Positions 62,401 through 64,000 of a stretch of 64,000 bases of DNA are shown in pieces. The notes beneath the pieces are model-generated. The model was not told the DNA's origin and did no database searches. It saw nothing but the letters and a program-made list of their open reading frames with translations. The stretch is taken from the NCBI GenBank assembly GCA_051294905.1, contig CM119386.1:10292001-10356000 (forward strand), written 5' to 3'. This stretch comes from Botryllus schlosseri. Its lineage: Eukaryota. How positions within the stretch are numbered: position 1 is the first letter of the stretch; the number at the start of each line of letters is the position of its first letter. The position numbers were made by a program, and so were the translations under genes.

Positions 62401-63818
62401 CTAATCGAAAGCTTGCGAACCATATAGTTATATCAATGCTGACTCTAAACTTCACACAAATCATGTGAGAGCAAACCGCCTTATTTAGTATGAATTTTTG
62501 TTATTACGAATTGCAGTTCAGTATATGTGTTGGAGAAAATCGATGAAAATATCGTCCCATTCGTGATATAACCAGGGATGGTCAAAGTTGCCATTGTGGG
62601 TATACTCAAGTACCGGAAAAGTAACGTTATGTGTTTCTGCTAAATTACAGGAGGTATAGCGATTTACGTATTTTCATACTCCGTATAGCGATTTCCAATA
62701 ACGCTACAATTCCGGAAGGTATTTCGACCAGTTGTTACGACGATTTCACTCATAAACGGATTTGGAAACATATCTGAAAAAAACTTTTTACTGTGTAAAA
62801 GTAATTCGATTTGAATGAAAAACTGTTAGGAACTAATGGATGTAGCCTTGGAGTAGACATTTATATTACGCCAATCAAGCCTGTGCCTACTGAAGGAGTT
62901 TGTGTACCATTTAAAAATAGTACATTGAGCTTAAGCGCTCTCTCCTTGCCGATTATTCGAAATTTCATGCCGGTGACGTAATATTTGTGATACGATTGTT
63001 GATATACAATGTTTATTCCAATTCTGTGCTAATCGCTGACGATTACCCTTGACGAGTGTTAGCCGAAAACATTCGGGTTCATTTCAATATGAATAAACTA
63101 TTCAATTTATATTGAAGTTCTGTACCTCCAAGAATCTCTTTAAAACAAAAATGCGTAATAAACTATAGTGTACGTATAGGTAAAACCTACTTGAGTAGTC
63201 CGAAAACGTAGAAGCACTTCGTTACTGACCTCCTCTGGAAGTAGGCTAACTGAGCAGTAACCAATCTAGCTACTCACAACCGTTATATTGTGGGTAAATG
63301 CACGTTTACACATTGAAATGCCCGCGGCTGGGACTAAATCATTGATTCCGCGTATAATTACCCGTCAGCATCTTGGGTGGTGCGGGATGGTTCTCAACTC
63401 GTGTTATGTCACTATCATTCAGCTCTTTGTTACACCGATTGTAATTCTTAATCAAATCACTCGCACCTGGAACTTGCATATATATAATAGAGCCAAACGA
63501 ATATAAGTTCTTTTGAGTGCCGGGACTGTGAATAGCGCCTATTTATTAGAATCCTTATCCGGTCATAGAGTCGCCTTAAGGGATATTATCCGAAGATGAA
63601 AATTCGAGTATACTAAAATCCCACCTTGAATGTGGATAAATGACAGGTGTTTTGTGTTTATCCCCCAACCCGCTTATTATCCCACTTTGTAAAATCTTAC
63701 CCGCAAGGTCTGTAAGTGAATATGATGTAAGCGTCCTCTGAGGTCCGCTCGATGAAAGTCAAACACGTATGCTCTTCCCAGTGTCTCATAGCTTGCTTGA
63801 ACATCGCCCTTTGCGATC
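41468..63818 (-). CDS. BMP1/TLL: BMP1/tolloid-like astacin metalloprotease (astacin-CUB1-CUB2-EGF1-CUB3-EGF2-CUB4-CUB5); 5' exons outside the window
   Basis: 18 exons, all GT-AG and phase-consistent: 63818-63701, 62325-62147, 62078-61971, 61117-60995, 55094-54944, 52025-51952, 51892-51789, 51247-51095, 51029-50876, 49904-49748, 49121-48950, 47541-47385, 45847-45698, 44949-44822, 43869-43656, 42012-41858, 41778-41683, 41623-41468. Zinc motif [11 protein letters not shown], Met-turn SIMHY, Ca-binding EGFs (TDECA, KDECA), five CUB domains. Confidence 0.97.
42220..43215 (+). mobile_element. CR1/L2-like LINE 3' end split by a MITE at 42403-43115
   Basis: The flanks join to match 55440-55710. Confidence 0.7.
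42403..43115. mobile_element. hAT/Charlie-like MITE
   Basis: Termini CAGGCCGGCCAACC...GGTTGGCCACCCCTG; 8-bp TSD GCCTAGGC (42395-42402, 43116-43123). Confidence 0.85.
43911..44798. mobile_element. Degenerate hAT-like MITE (AGTA-rich family) with a smaller MITE in its right TIR
   Basis: Ends resemble 50016-50525; right TIR CTGACCACCTCTG is interrupted by 44586-44785. Confidence 0.5.
44586..44785. mobile_element. Small MITE with TGCGCA motifs
   Basis: Termini CAATTTTCCCTCTAA...TTAGAGGGTACATTG; 7/8 TSD CTGACCAG/CTGACCAC. Confidence 0.6.
45024..45170. repeat. Fragment of a GAGTC-repeat MITE family
   Basis: Shared with ~36590-36670 (TGTAACC.AGTCA.AAGG.TC.GAGTCACAAGTCAAT...TTGACTCGAGTC). Confidence 0.5.
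45980..46694. mobile_element. MITE of the AGGGCGATTTTTT family (uninterrupted copy)
   Basis: Collinear with 56696-58613 once the two insertions there are removed; provides their empty sites. Confidence 0.7.
46998..47135 (+). mobile_element. tRNA-derived SINE family 2
   Basis: B-box GGTTCAAACCC; body similar to 40741-40890. Confidence 0.6.
48037..48256. mobile_element. 220-bp MITE with ~55-bp TIRs and apparent TA TSD
   Basis: GGGTCCATCAAAC(C)ACTAGGTGTCGCCAGACTTTGGGTG at both ends in inverted orientation, flanked by TA. Confidence 0.85.
50016..50525. mobile_element. hAT-type MITE (AGTA-rich family)
   Basis: Perfect 8-bp TSD GTCATATG (50008-50015, 50526-50533); right TIR CTGACCAGCACTG. Confidence 0.7.
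50621..50838. mobile_element. Inverted pair of decayed Penelope pLTR ends in a tolloid intron
   Basis: Left arm is the pLTR 3' end in - orientation, right arm is in + orientation; both hammerhead cores are mutated. Confidence 0.7.
52160..52746. mobile_element. Foldback-type MITE with ~189-bp TIRs
   Basis: 52160-52348 is a near-perfect inverted copy of 52558-52746; flanked by the direct repeat GCGTATC (52153-52159, 52747-52753). Confidence 0.9.
52930..53070. repeat. 42-bp tandem repeat, ~3.3 units
   Basis: Unit GTAGTTCTAGTTCTAGTCGTAGTTGCGGATTTTGAAAATTGA. Confidence 0.9.
54383..54592. repeat. 42-bp tandem repeat, 5 units
   Basis: Same unit as 52930-53070. Confidence 0.9.
55320..55745 (+). 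mobile_element. 5'-truncated CR1/L2-like LINE 3' end
   Basis: Encodes ...[28 protein letters not shown]...; the 3' UTR has an empty GCCTAGGC site and an (ATTGA)n-like tail. Confidence 0.75.
56887..57657. mobile_element. hAT-type MITE (CAGGGTTGCCAC termini, GTCCTTATTT repeats)
   Basis: Perfect 8-bp TSD TTTATAGG; empty site in the sibling copy at ~46153-46160. Confidence 0.9.
57910..58198 (-). mobile_element. Full-length tRNA-derived SINE family 1 (~289 bp)
   Basis: A-box TAGCGTAGTGG and a degenerate B-box; 11-bp TSD TCTCCATTCTT (57899-57909, 58199-58209); empty site in the sibling MITE at ~46300. Confidence 0.85.
58640..58800 (+). mobile_element. Short 3' UTR fragment of the CR1/L2-like LINE
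   Basis: Matches ~55600-55710. A similar fragment lies at ~45505-45620. Confidence 0.55.
59251..60391. mobile_element. TAGGGTTGCCA-type MITE (uninterrupted sibling of 36434-40716)
   Basis: Termini TAGGGTTGCCA...TGGTAACCGTG; collinear with the host at 36434-40716 in reverse orientation; no TSD found. Confidence 0.65.
61275..61824. mobile_element. Degenerate hAT-like MITE (AGTA-rich family)
   Basis: Ends resemble 50016-50525 in reverse orientation; 6/8 TSD GACGTCAT/GAAGTCAC. Confidence 0.55.
62880..63140 (+). mobile_element. Penelope 3' fragment (end of ORF plus pLTR with a mutated hammerhead), in a tolloid intron
   Basis: [11 protein letters not shown] followed by the pLTR; core reads TTGACGA (C3U) and stem III AACATT. 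Confidence 0.8.
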
Positions 63819-64000
63819 CTGGGTAGAGATAAACAAATATGACAAGAAACCAGACAATATAGGCTCGCAGCCATGCCATAATGAGACGTTTGGGTCTGCG
63901 GATACCCGGGGTAATTGAAGATATGGCTTGTTACCAGGTGCTTTACATCAGTTAGCGTTAATTAAAGTCAAAACGGGATTAGTGGCTGCGTTAATTTGAA

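Noticed and set aside
5128-63250. Frequent TAGGCTA/TAGCCTA motifs
   Set aside because: By-eye counts look only modestly above expectation for a 7-mer; a proper k-mer test would be needed.

Overview
Eukaryotic (animal) genomic window with three spliced protein-coding genes embedded in transposon-rich DNA. The many 54-79 nt mini-introns and the gene set suggest a marine invertebrate, possibly a tunicate; this is inference only. (1) + strand 1332-17381: a 6-exon PIM-family Ser/Thr kinase of about 1016 aa with a ~755-aa low-complexity N-terminus in one 2.3-kb exon, a degenerate glycine-rich loop and a GC-AG intron. (2) + strand 29322-34293: hnRNP R/Q (SYNCRIP-like), 10 coding exons, 577 aa. (3) - strand 63818-41468: BMP1/tolloid metalloprotease (astacin-CUB-CUB-EGF-CUB-EGF-CUB-CUB), 18 exons in the window, with the 5' end beyond it. 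The rest contains many hAT-type MITEs with checkable 8-bp TSDs, a Chapaev3-like relic, a foldback element, two tRNA-derived SINE families, 3' ends of a CR1/L2-like LINE, and a Penelope-like (GIY-YIG) retroelement family. The most notable item is that the Penelope terminal repeat carries a minimal type-I hammerhead ribozyme motif (5 intact and 4 decayed copies), with a 7-bp complementarity between loop II and the 5' flank. Exon and TSD coordinates were derived by eye; no database searches were run.
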